NCBI RefSeq assembly: GCF_004365815.1
Contig: NZ_SODD01000042.1
Span: 1 to 21,045 of the forward strand
Direction: 5' to 3'
Origin: Breznakia blatticola
GTDB lineage: Bacteria; Bacillota_I; Bacilli_A; Erysipelotrichales; Erysipelotrichaceae
DNA length: 21,045 bases
A program made the translations under genes and the position numbers. The notes under the pieces were generated by a model. The model did not search any database. It was not told the DNA's origin and saw nothing but the letters and a program-made list of their open reading frames with translations. Positions 6,055 to 15,089 of the stretch are shown piece after piece (position 1 is the first letter of the stretch; every line of letters begins with the position of its first letter).

Positions 6055-7539
6055 ATGATTAAACAAATCAAAGAAATTCCCATCACCAATGATAGTTATC
6101 CTTTTGCAAGTGCAAGTCGATATCTAGATCTTGATGCATATGGGTATGTAGAAAAAGAATATTATATCGACGGTCTAGCGAATGTATATGAAAGTATAGG
6201 GAATACAGGTGAAGTTCGTGTTGCATATGAAAATGTTGCATACCGAAATCGTATCATCGTTCGAGCACCAAAAGAAGTAACGAAAGCAAGCGGTAATGTT
6301 GTAATTGAAATCATAAATCCAACCTCATTTATGGAAATTGATCGAATGTGGATTTTAACGCATGAGAAATTCATGCGTGATGGAGATATCTATGTTGGAA
6401 TTACTAGTAAACCGAATACTATTGCCAAGATGGTTGCATTTGATAAAAAACGATATGAAAGTCTACAATGGCCAAATCCACGAGAAGATGTAGAACTGCC
6501 ATTTACAAATGAACAACTACTTGCAAGTGGGTTACTTCCAGATGTAAATATTGAATATGAACCTGGTTTGTTTTGGGATATGTTGAGTAATCTTGCTTGG
6601 ATGCTTAGAAGTGATGATGTACAAAATCCTATTGCTACGTATCCACATACATATGTGTACTTAACTGGATGGTCAAAATCTGCATGTTATGTATTTCGAT
6701 ATGTAAACAGTTTTGCATATCGCAAAGAAGTCGCAAAAGATTCGCAAGTATTTGATGGTTATCTTGCAGGTGGTGGAGTGCGCTCAATGGTTGTTCCTGT
6801 GAATCAATATGAATCATTATATGCATATGATTATCGACTCAAACGTGTAGAAAAGGTAAAACAACCTTTTATATCTATTCAAACAGAAAGTGAAAATGGC
6901 TGGTTTGATGCGTTTCGTACGAAACGTCAGGACAGTGATCATCCAAACTTCTTATATCGTGAATATGAAATTGCTGGTGCTAGTCATGACACGATGTTTA
7001 GTTATGTGGATTACTACAAACAAGATGAAGATTTAAAACGAATTGATATGTTACCTAAGTATGATGCAAAACATGCATATGGCAATAACTACCCATCACA
7101 GTTTGCATTTGCAGCAGGATTTAAGAATCTATTTCGTTGGGTTCGTGAAGGTGTTGGACCAGCAAGTTGTATGCACATTGCAATGGATGAACAAGGAAAT
7201 AATCGTAAAGATGCTTTTGGAAATAGTATTGGTGGATTACGTACATGTTTACTAGATTATCCAACTGGACAATATGGTATTGCTAGCACAATTGAAAAAG
7301 GAAAAAGTTTCTTAGATGCAACAGCAACAACGAATCCACTATTTGGATACGAACAACCATTTCCTGCCAGCATGCTTGAAGTGTTATATCAAGATGCAAA
7401 ACAGTATACTGCTTTATGCAAAGAACATACAAAAGAACAAGTATCAAAAGGATTTATCTGTAAAGAAGATGAAGAAGCACTTATTAACTTTGCGGTAAAT
7501 CTAGCAATAGAAAGAGGATTACCAATTTGCAAAAAGTAG
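6055..7539 (+). CDS. Alpha/beta-hydrolase-domain protein of unknown specificity (resembles the 'Abhydrolase_10' type); cytoplasmic
   Basis: The N-terminal pattern YVEKEYYIDGLANVY...YRNRIIVRAPKE...SGNVVIEIINPT matches my memory of that family. There is a nucleophile-elbow-like LTGWSKSA and a late AGASHD (candidate His). No signal peptide. SD AAAGGAG. Family assignment is from memory only. Confidence 0.55.
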   Translation: MIKQIKEIPITNDSYPFASASRYLDLDAYGYVEKEYYIDGLANVYESIGNTGEVRVAYENVAYRNRIIVRAPKEVTKASGNVVIEIINPTSFMEIDRMWILTHEKFMRDGDIYVGITSKPNTIAKMVAFDKKRYESLQWPNPREDVELPFTNEQLLASGLLPDVNIEYEPGLFWDMLSNLAWMLRSDDVQNPIATYPHTYVYLTGWSKSACYVFRYVNSFAYRKEVAKDSQVFDGYLAGGGVRSMVVPVNQYESLYAYDYRLKRVEKVKQPFISIQTESENGWFDAFRTKRQDSDHPNFLYREYEIAGASHDTMFSYVDYYKQDEDLKRIDMLPKYDAKHAYGNNYPSQFAFAAGFKNLFRWVREGVGPASCMHIAMDEQGNNRKDAFGNSIGGLRTCLLDYPTGQYGIASTIEKGKSFLDATATTNPLFGYEQPFPASMLEVLYQDAKQYTALCKEHTKEQVSKGFICKEDEEALINFAVNLAIERGLPICKK

Positions 7540-9125
7540 AAAGATATCGAACAACTATTTTGTCTTTTGAAAGCAAAAAGGAATATGCGAATCCATTTTT
7601 GGATTGTATCATCCAAGCAACTTTCACTGGGCCTAATCAAGAAACCATTGTTCGTGAAGCATATTGGGATGGTGCAAACACATACAAAATTGCCTTTGCA
7701 CCTACAATGGTAGGAACTTGGACATATCAGCTACAAGCAAGTGAAGATAGTGGATTGCATCAATACACTGGTGAAGTAATCTGTGTACCATATGAAGGAA
7801 ATCTATCTATTTACAAACATGGGTTTGTGAAAGTCAGTGATACGAAAACCTATTTTACATATGCAGATGGAACCCCTTTTTTCTGGTTAGGTGATACGCA
7901 TTGGGAATTTGCCTATAAAGAATCTTGGGATACATCCAATCACCCGAAAATGAATAGTATGTTTAAAGGCATGGTAAATCGTCGAGTAGAGCAAGGATAC
8001 AATGTGTATCAAACCAACTTGCGAAGTGATGCAATGATGGGGTTTGAAAAAAACTATTGGCAAGAAAAAGATATTCCAAATGTGCAATTCTACCAAGAAG
8101 AATTGGATCGTAGAATGTACTGCCTAGCAGATCATGGAATTGTAAATGCATTAGGTTTGGCATGGTTTATGTCAATTGAAAACAATGTGGATACATATAA
8201 ACACTTAGCACGCTATATCATTGCACGTTATGGTTCTTTACCAATGATATGGACACTTGCTGGTGAGGTTGGTGGATATGATAAACAAAGACAACCTTTC
8301 TATATTGAAAATTGGCGATATGTCGCTAAAGAAATACAAAAGTATGATGGATATCACCATCCACTAACTGCACATTATACAAATGAACGTCCTTTTGCTT
8401 CATATTATCAAGATGAGGAATGGCTTGATTTTACACTTAATCAAGCAGGACATGGAGACTATGTAGTAAGTATTGATGACTATCATGAATTTCTAAGTAA
8501 ACATAGAGATATGCCATTTATTGAAGGTGAATGCTTTTATGAATTTTGTTCGACGCTTGAAGAAAACGGTCCAAGATTGTGTAGTGCAGATATGATGCGA
8601 CGTGTTGCATATGTAAGTATCCAAGCAGGTGGCTGTGGATATACATATGGGGCACAAGGAATTTGGGATTGTGTATATGAAAAAAATCAACCCAATACGA
8701 TGTCGCTATTTAATCGCTATGACATTACATGGTATGAAGCAATCGATGGTATCGGAGGATATCAAATGGGCTACATGAAGAAATTTTATGAGCAGCAACA
8801 ATTTTGGCTACTTTCACCATATAAACAAGAAAGCGAAATCATCAAAAATCCATTTGGGAAAAAATTGCCTGCCGTAAGTATGAATAAAGAACACACACAT
8901 TATGTTCTATACTACAGTGAATCTACACGAAAAAGTGGAAATCTAGAAGGGCTTAGTAATGGAGCGTATATCTTGGAATGGTTTAACCCAAGAAGCGGTG
9001 AATATGAAATGAAAGAAAATGTAGAAATAGAGAATCATACATTTAGCATACCAACCAAACCAGATACAAATGACTGGTGCTTGGTATTAAAGAAGAAGGA
9101 AGAACACACGTATGAAGAAAATTAA
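7527..9125 (+). CDS. DUF5060 (N-terminal Ig-like) + DUF4038 (GH140-like TIM barrel) + C-terminal beta-sandwich glycoside-hydrolase-like protein; cytoplasmic
   Basis: The hallmark DGTPFFWLGDTHWE motif sits at the start of the DUF4038 barrel. Also present are IWTLAGEV, NQAGHG, the YVSIQAGGCGYTYGAQGIWD region, and a C-terminal YILEWFNPRSGEY typical of the 'collagen-binding-like' beta-sandwich. The TTG start at 7527 has SD GAGGA 8 nt upstream and overlaps the upstream gene by 13 nt. No signal peptide. Confidence 0.75.
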   Translation: MQKVERYRTTILSFESKKEYANPFLDCIIQATFTGPNQETIVREAYWDGANTYKIAFAPTMVGTWTYQLQASEDSGLHQYTGEVICVPYEGNLSIYKHGFVKVSDTKTYFTYADGTPFFWLGDTHWEFAYKESWDTSNHPKMNSMFKGMVNRRVEQGYNVYQTNLRSDAMMGFEKNYWQEKDIPNVQFYQEELDRRMYCLADHGIVNALGLAWFMSIENNVDTYKHLARYIIARYGSLPMIWTLAGEVGGYDKQRQPFYIENWRYVAKEIQKYDGYHHPLTAHYTNERPFASYYQDEEWLDFTLNQAGHGDYVVSIDDYHEFLSKHRDMPFIEGECFYEFCSTLEENGPRLCSADMMRRVAYVSIQAGGCGYTYGAQGIWDCVYEKNQPNTMSLFNRYDITWYEAIDGIGGYQMGYMKKFYEQQQFWLLSPYKQESEIIKNPFGKKLPAVSMNKEHTHYVLYYSESTRKSGNLEGLSNGAYILEWFNPRSGEYEMKENVEIENHTFSIPTKPDTNDWCLVLKKKEEHTYEEN

Positions 9126-10512
9126 ACTTGGTTTTGCACCTACAAGAAGAAGTATATTTTCAGCTCCAGCAGCAGAACAATATGCAAATTTAACAAGAAA
9201 GAAATTAGAAGAACTACAAATTGAATTTGTCGATATTAAAGAATTTAGTAGTGATGGATTATTGCATGATGATCGTGATCGAATAGAAATCGAAGCATAT
9301 TTCAAACAAGAAAAGATTGATGGTTTATTTGTGCCACATGGAAATTTTGGAACCGAATATGAAGTTGCTCGACTTGCTAAAGCACTAGACGTTCCCGTTT
9401 TATTATGGGGTCCTAGAGATGAAAGACCAAATGAAGAAGGTATTCGTCTTCGTGATAGTCTATGTGGATTATTTGCTACAGGTAAAGTATTACGTCGATT
9501 TCAAGTACCATTTACATACTTATGTAATTGCGATTTAGATGATCCTGAATTCGAAAGAGGAATTAAGAATTTTATTGCGGTGTGTAATGTTGTAAAAGCA
9601 TCTAAAGATATGCGCATCTTACAAATAGGACCACGTCCATTTGATTTCTGGTCAACGATGTGTAATGAAGGAGAATTATTAGAAAAATTTAATGTACAAC
9701 TTGCACCAATTCCTTTACCAGAACTAACAAAAGAAATGAACTTGGTAAAACAAGAAGAAACGGAAGTAGAAAAAACCATTGCATATTGTAAAGAGAACTT
9801 CAATATCGCTATTACAGATGAACAATTGGAAAATGTAGCAGCTTTGAAAGTCGCAATGCGCAATCTAGCAAAAGCGTATGGATGTCGTGCAATCGCAATT
9901 CAATGTTGGAATGCATTACAAGATGAAATTGGAATCATGCCATGTGCAGCAAATAGTTTGCTAAATGAAGAAGGATTACCAGTTGTTTGTGAAACTGATA
10001 TTCATGGAGCAATTACATCAATATTGGTTGAAGCAGCAGGCATGGATGAAGCAAGAAGTTTCTTTGCTGATTGGACCGTTCGTCATCCAGATAATGATAA
10101 TGCTGTTCTGTTGCAACACTGTGGACCTTGGCCTATTTCATGCGCTGCATGTAAACCAACGATTGGTTATCCGCTAGCATTCTCTTATCCTGGAACTGTT
10201 GAAGCACAAGCAAAACAATCTGACATGACACTTTGCCGTTTTGATGGTGACAATAGTGAATACTCTTTACTGCTAGGAAAAGCAAAAGGAGTAGAAGGGC
10301 CATATACAAAAGGAACCTATGTGTGGGCAGAAGTAGAAAATTGGAAGCGATTAGAAGCAAAAATCGTGGAAGGACCATATATTCATCATTGTGTAGGAAT
10401 TCATAAAGACATTGTGCCAATACTATATGAAGCATGTAAGTATATCGGAATTACTGTTGATCTATATGATGAGAATGAAGAAGAAGTAAAGGCATATATA
10501 CGAGGTGAATAA
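9112..10512 (+). CDS. L-fucose/L-arabinose isomerase superfamily protein (aldose-ketose isomerase, substrate unknown)
   Basis: Size (466 aa) and motifs are typical of FucI/AraA-like family proteins: KLGFAPTRR at the N-terminus, LRDSLCGLFATGKVL, VCETDIHGAITS (metal/catalytic Glu-Asp region) and LLQHCGPWP. The ATG overlaps the upstream gene by 14 nt. Confidence 0.75.
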   Translation: MKKIKLGFAPTRRSIFSAPAAEQYANLTRKKLEELQIEFVDIKEFSSDGLLHDDRDRIEIEAYFKQEKIDGLFVPHGNFGTEYEVARLAKALDVPVLLWGPRDERPNEEGIRLRDSLCGLFATGKVLRRFQVPFTYLCNCDLDDPEFERGIKNFIAVCNVVKASKDMRILQIGPRPFDFWSTMCNEGELLEKFNVQLAPIPLPELTKEMNLVKQEETEVEKTIAYCKENFNIAITDEQLENVAALKVAMRNLAKAYGCRAIAIQCWNALQDEIGIMPCAANSLLNEEGLPVVCETDIHGAITSILVEAAGMDEARSFFADWTVRHPDNDNAVLLQHCGPWPISCAACKPTIGYPLAFSYPGTVEAQAKQSDMTLCRFDGDNSEYSLLLGKAKGVEGPYTKGTYVWAEVENWKRLEAKIVEGPYIHHCVGIHKDIVPILYEACKYIGITVDLYDENEEEVKAYIRGE

Positions 10513-10513
10513 A

Positions 10514-11332
10514 ATGAATGAATTAAAGAGAAAAAGTTACGAATTACGAAAAGATATTATTGAAATGATGTATGCATCAAAAGCAGGACATGTCGGAGGG
10601 GACTTAAGTGTTGTAGACATTTTAACTGTACTGTATTTTGAAATTATGAATATTGATCCAAAGAATTTTGAAGATCCAAATCGTGATCGTTTCTTATTAA
10701 GTAAAGGGCATTGTGCAGATGCATTATTTGCAGTATTAGGAGAACGTGGATTTTATGATAAACAAGAAGCAATCCAAACATTTTCAAAGTATAATTCAAA
10801 GTTTATTGGACATCCTAATACCGAAGTGCATGGAGTAGAAATTAACTCAGGATCACTGGGTCATGGCTTATCTATTGGTGTTGGTATGGCGTTAGCTGCC
10901 AAAATGAATGATCAAGAATATCGTACATATGTCGTACTTGGAGATGGTGAAATGGCAGAAGGTTCTAACTATGAAGCAATGATGGCTGCTAGTCAATATC
11001 ACCTAGATAATTTATGTGCCACAATCGATGTAAATGGATTACAGATTAGTGGAACTACAGATGAAGTGATGTCCACTGCTTCACTAGCAAATAAATTTGC
11101 TGATTTTGGGTGGCATGTAATTGAAGTAGCAGATGGAAATGATTGTATGCAATTAGTCGATGCGTATACACAAGCGATGCAAATGAAGGAAAAACCAACA
11201 GTAGTGATCGCTCATACAGTAAAAGGCAAAGGTGTCTCTTACATGGAAAATCAAAAAAGTTGGCATCATGGTGTGATGAATGAAGAGCAGTATAAACAAG
11301 CCATTCGTGAAATTGAGGAGGTTCTAGCATGA
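10514..11332 (+). CDS. Transketolase, N-terminal (thiamine-diphosphate-binding) subunit
   Basis: Motifs GHVGGDLSVVDILTVLYF, SKGHCADALFAVL, GSLGHGLSIGVGMALA and VVLGDGEMAEGSNYEA (GDG TPP motif). I prefer ATG 10514 (SD GAGGTG 6 nt upstream) over the listed GTG at 10505. Confidence 0.9.
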   Translation: MNELKRKSYELRKDIIEMMYASKAGHVGGDLSVVDILTVLYFEIMNIDPKNFEDPNRDRFLLSKGHCADALFAVLGERGFYDKQEAIQTFSKYNSKFIGHPNTEVHGVEINSGSLGHGLSIGVGMALAAKMNDQEYRTYVVLGDGEMAEGSNYEAMMAASQYHLDNLCATIDVNGLQISGTTDEVMSTASLANKFADFGWHVIEVADGNDCMQLVDAYTQAMQMKEKPTVVIAHTVKGKGVSYMENQKSWHHGVMNEEQYKQAIREIEEVLA

Positions 11333-12255
11333 GTACAATAACAAATCGACAAGCTATCTGCGATGTATTGGTGGAGCAAGCAAAAAATGACAAGGATATT
11401 GTCGTGGTGTGTTCTGATTCACGAGGGTCTGCATCACTTGCAACTTTTGCATCAACATATCCAAAACAATTCGTAGAAGTCGGCATTGCCGAACAAAATC
11501 TTGTTGGTATTTCAGCAGGACTAGCAAGTTGTAATAAAAAAGTATTTGCAGCATCCCCAGCAAGTTTTATTAGTACACGTAGTTATGAGCAAGTGAAAGT
11601 TGATGTTGCATATTCAAATACAAATGTCACACTTATTGGTATTAGTGGAGGAGTCAGCTATGGTGCACTAGGGATGACACATCATTCATGCCAAGATTTT
11701 GCAGCGATGTGTGCACTTACTGGAATGCGTGTATATTGTCCAAGTGATCGCTTTCAAACGACAAAACTTATGCAAGCATTACTAGAAGATGATAAACCAG
11801 CATATATTCGTGTAAGTCGCTCAGCAACCGAAGATGTATATGATGAAACGATTGATTTTCAATTTGATAAAGCAAACGTAATTCAACAAGGGACAGATGT
11901 TGTATTGATCGCATGTGGAGAAATGGTACCATATGCCAAAAAAGCAGCAAAGCAGTTGGAAGCATTAGGTATTTCCACTGGACTCATTGACATGTATTGT
12001 TTAAAACCATTTGATCAAGAAACGTTATTCGAGCAAACAAAACAGGCAAAACTTGTGGTCAGTATTGAAGAACATGCACCTCAAGGAGGACTTGGTAGTT
12101 TTGTTGCTCAAGCATTATCTATGCACCAACCAAAACGAATGATACAATTATGTTTACCAGATGAACATTTGATTTCAGGAACAAATAAAGAAATGTTTGC
12201 ATACTACGGATTGGATGAAGATGGGATTGTTAAAGCAGTCCAAAATGCATTATGA
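11329..12255 (+). CDS. Transketolase, C-terminal (pyrimidine-binding plus C-terminal domain) subunit
   Basis: Motifs FVEVGIAEQNLVGISAGLA and IGISGGVSYGALGMTHHSCQDFA. ATGA start/stop overlap with the N subunit. SD GAGGAGG. Confidence 0.9.
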   Translation: MSTITNRQAICDVLVEQAKNDKDIVVVCSDSRGSASLATFASTYPKQFVEVGIAEQNLVGISAGLASCNKKVFAASPASFISTRSYEQVKVDVAYSNTNVTLIGISGGVSYGALGMTHHSCQDFAAMCALTGMRVYCPSDRFQTTKLMQALLEDDKPAYIRVSRSATEDVYDETIDFQFDKANVIQQGTDVVLIACGEMVPYAKKAAKQLEALGISTGLIDMYCLKPFDQETLFEQTKQAKLVVSIEEHAPQGGLGSFVAQALSMHQPKRMIQLCLPDEHLISGTNKEMFAYYGLDEDGIVKAVQNAL

Positions 12256-13703
12256 GTTACATTCTAAGCATTGATCAAAGTACGCAAGGAACGAAAGCTA
12301 TACTCTTTGATGATAAAGGAAATATTGTAAAACGTGTTGATAAAGCACATCAACAGTTGATTGATGCAAATGGATATATTTCGCATGATCCAAATGAAAT
12401 CTTTGATAATGTTGTAAGTGTAGTTTCTGATGTGATTGCACAAAGCAAAATTGATGCAAATACAATTCAAGCAGTAGGGATTAGTAATCAAAGAGAAACA
12501 ACAGTTATGTGGGATGCAGATGGTCATACATTAGCAAATGCTGTGGTATGGCAATGTTCAAGAGCAAGTGAAATTGCCAAACGATATGAACCGTATAAAG
12601 ACGATATCTTTGATATAACAGGTCTTGTATTATCACCGTATTTTCCAGCAAGTAAGATGCGTTGGTTAATTGAATATGTGCAACCACAAGCACCATACTA
12701 TTTTGGTACAATGGACACTTGGTTAATTTACAAACTAACCAACCAACAAGTATATAAAACGGATGCATCGAATGCATCAAGAACACAGTTGTTTGATATT
12801 CATACAGGAACTTGGTCGAATTACTTATGTAATTTGTTTGAAATTCCTAAGCAAGCATTGCCTGAAGTTTGTGATAGTAATGCATGCTTTGGGTATACAG
12901 ATTTCGTCGGATTACTAGAAAAGCCGATTCCAATATGTGCAGTTATGGGGGACTCGCACGCATCACTTTATGGGCAAGGTTGTCATGCGCAAGGACAAGT
13001 AAAAACAACACTAGGTACGGGTTCATCAATTATGATGAATATTGGAGATAGTTATAAAAAAAGCACGAATGGTCTAACGACATCACTTGCTTGGAAAATT
13101 GATGGAAAACTTGAATATGTTTTTGAAGGAAATGTTAATTATGCTGGTGCAGTAATTACTTGGCTTCAAAAGGATTTACAACTTATAGATGAACCAGATG
13201 ATACAATAGAAGCAATAGCAAGAAGTAATCCAGATGATGAAACGATTCTTGTGCCCGCTTTTTCTGGATTATCTGCACCATATTGGAAAGAAGATGTTCG
13301 TGCATTATTTTATGGGATGAGTCGTACCACAAAAAGAAATGAATTAATTAAAGCGACTGTAGAAAGTATCGCTTTTCAAATAAGTGATGTTCTCCACGCG
13401 ATGGCTAAAGATAGTGGGTTGCATTCATTAGAAGTAAAAACGGATGGTGGGCCAAGTAAAAATCCATATCTCATGCAATTTTTAAGTGATATGGCACGTG
13501 CCACTGTCTATGTATCGAGCCAAGAAGAACTATCCGCTATTGGTGTTGCGTATATGGCAGGAATAAAAATGGAGATATATCATAAAGAAACGATCTTTTC
13601 TAAGCAAACTTACAAAATATATGAAACGAAAATGGAAATATCATTATGGAAGCAATACATGGATCGATGGAACCATGCAATAGCGGTCTTATTACATACA
13701 TAG
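12252..13703 (+). CDS. FGGY-family carbohydrate kinase, glycerol-kinase-like subgroup (substrate unknown)
   Basis: Motifs YILSIDQSTQGTKAILFD, GISNQRETTVMWD, VVWQCSRA, and GDSHASLYGQG in the FGGY_C region. ATGA overlap with the upstream gene. Confidence 0.9.
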   Translation: MSYILSIDQSTQGTKAILFDDKGNIVKRVDKAHQQLIDANGYISHDPNEIFDNVVSVVSDVIAQSKIDANTIQAVGISNQRETTVMWDADGHTLANAVVWQCSRASEIAKRYEPYKDDIFDITGLVLSPYFPASKMRWLIEYVQPQAPYYFGTMDTWLIYKLTNQQVYKTDASNASRTQLFDIHTGTWSNYLCNLFEIPKQALPEVCDSNACFGYTDFVGLLEKPIPICAVMGDSHASLYGQGCHAQGQVKTTLGTGSSIMMNIGDSYKKSTNGLTTSLAWKIDGKLEYVFEGNVNYAGAVITWLQKDLQLIDEPDDTIEAIARSNPDDETILVPAFSGLSAPYWKEDVRALFYGMSRTTKRNELIKATVESIAFQISDVLHAMAKDSGLHSLEVKTDGGPSKNPYLMQFLSDMARATVYVSSQEELSAIGVAYMAGIKMEIYHKETIFSKQTYKIYETKMEISLWKQYMDRWNHAIAVLLHT

Positions 13704-13712
13704 GAGGAGTAT

Positions 13713-14966
13713 ATGTTAACAATTTCAGAGAATAAAAAAACACTGTTGAAAGATGAAAAACCTTTCTTCTATTTAGCAGATACATGCTGGTCAGCATTTA
13801 CAAATATTACAGATGATGAATGGGATTATTATTTGTATAAACGAAAAGTACAAGGATTTAATACCATTCAAATAAACATTCTTCCACAATGGGATGCATC
13901 TGCAACGGATTTGGTATATGAACCATTTGTTGATCATGATCCATATCAAATCAACGATGCATATTTTGAACACGCAAAAGAAATGTGTAAAAAGGCAAAA
14001 GCACAAGGATTTGAACTTGCACTTGTTGTATTGTGGTGTAATTATGTACCAGGTACATGGGCATCAAATTTTATGAAGGACCATATTTTACCATTTGATT
14101 GTTTGGATGGATACATTACGAAGGTTGATGAAACATTCTCAGAGTTTCAACCAATGTATGTCATTAGTGGAGATACAGATTTTGAAACCGATGAGACGAT
14201 ATCGTATTATGTAAAAGCAGCAGCTACATTGAAAAAACTTGCTCCTAAGTGCTTATATACAACACATATCAAAGGACGTTATACATATATTCCAGAAAAT
14301 CTATATGCATATTTAGATTTCCTATTTTATCAAAGTGGTCACAATGCACAGGATTTATCCATGCCATATTCTTTAAGTGAAACTATGCAACAAACATATC
14401 CTGACAAACCATTAATTAACTCTGAACCATGTTACGAAGAAATGGGGTATTCTCGTCAAATGTATGGACGATGGACACGTTATGATGTGCGTCGTGCCGC
14501 ATATGTAAGTGTACTATCTGGTGCATGTGCAGGTATAACATATGGAGCAGGAGGGATTTATAGCTGGCATAAAGTGAACAAGAGTTTCGCTAAATTTCTT
14601 GGAGAAGGATTTGATGATCCAAAATCGTGGGAAGAAGCGATGGCATTTCCAGGTGCTTGGGATTACGGGTATCTTAAAACAATGCTAGAAAACTTAAATA
14701 TACAAAGTCTAGAAGCACGACAAGATCTTTTGCTAAATGACACAAATGATATTCGCGTAGCTAAAGCAAATAATGGAATATATCTTGTCTATGTTCCTTG
14801 TAATACAAAGGTACGTTTAGATTTAGATTGTAGTGCGTACAAACTGCAAACCATTGATTTAGAGAACCGATTTGTTGCAAATACAGCATATGAAATCAAA
14901 GAAGGAAAAACGATTCTAGCAATACATCCATTCCAAGATGATGTGCTAGTTGTTATTAAAAAATAA
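13713..14966 (+). CDS. DUF4038 (GH140-like) glycoside-hydrolase-like protein, short form without the DUF5060 domain; cytoplasmic
   Basis: KPFFYLADTCWSAF corresponds to PFFWLGDTHWE of the 7527 gene. FYQSGHN and YVSVLSGACAGITYGAGGIYSWH align with the paralogue. SD AGGAGG lies 5 nt upstream. No signal peptide. Confidence 0.75.
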   Translation: MLTISENKKTLLKDEKPFFYLADTCWSAFTNITDDEWDYYLYKRKVQGFNTIQINILPQWDASATDLVYEPFVDHDPYQINDAYFEHAKEMCKKAKAQGFELALVVLWCNYVPGTWASNFMKDHILPFDCLDGYITKVDETFSEFQPMYVISGDTDFETDETISYYVKAAATLKKLAPKCLYTTHIKGRYTYIPENLYAYLDFLFYQSGHNAQDLSMPYSLSETMQQTYPDKPLINSEPCYEEMGYSRQMYGRWTRYDVRRAAYVSVLSGACAGITYGAGGIYSWHKVNKSFAKFLGEGFDDPKSWEEAMAFPGAWDYGYLKTMLENLNIQSLEARQDLLLNDTNDIRVAKANNGIYLVYVPCNTKVRLDLDCSAYKLQTIDLENRFVANTAYEIKEGKTILAIHPFQDDVLVVIKK

Positions 14967-15012
14967 AAGTAAAAACATACGATAGAGTAGTTTTGAACAA
15001 ATTTAGGTATAT

Positions 15013-15042
15013 AAGATCTGCAAAAAAATGTAGATCTTTTTT
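15013..15042 (+). terminator. Operon-end intrinsic terminator
   Basis: AAGATCTGCA / TGTAGATCTT is a 10-bp stem with one G.U. The loop is A-rich and it is followed by TTTT. Confidence 0.75.
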
Positions 15043-15074
15043 ATATGACACGTATAGGTATTTTGCATGGTTGT

Positions 15075-15083
15075 TGTTATACT
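15075..15083 (+). promoter_or_regulatory. Extended -10 (TGtTATACT) placed 6 nt before ATG 15090
   Basis: TGTTATACT at 15075-15083, then AAAGTT, then the ATG. No SD. Confidence 0.4.
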
Positions 15084-15089
15084 AAAGTT

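Noticed and set aside
15026-15037. The 12-mer AAATGTAGATCT occurs both in the operon terminator and at the very end of the window (21034-21045).
   Set aside because: A single 12-mer coincidence is expected by chance in 21 kb of AT-rich sequence. The second copy is cut by the window edge, so no structure can be assessed.
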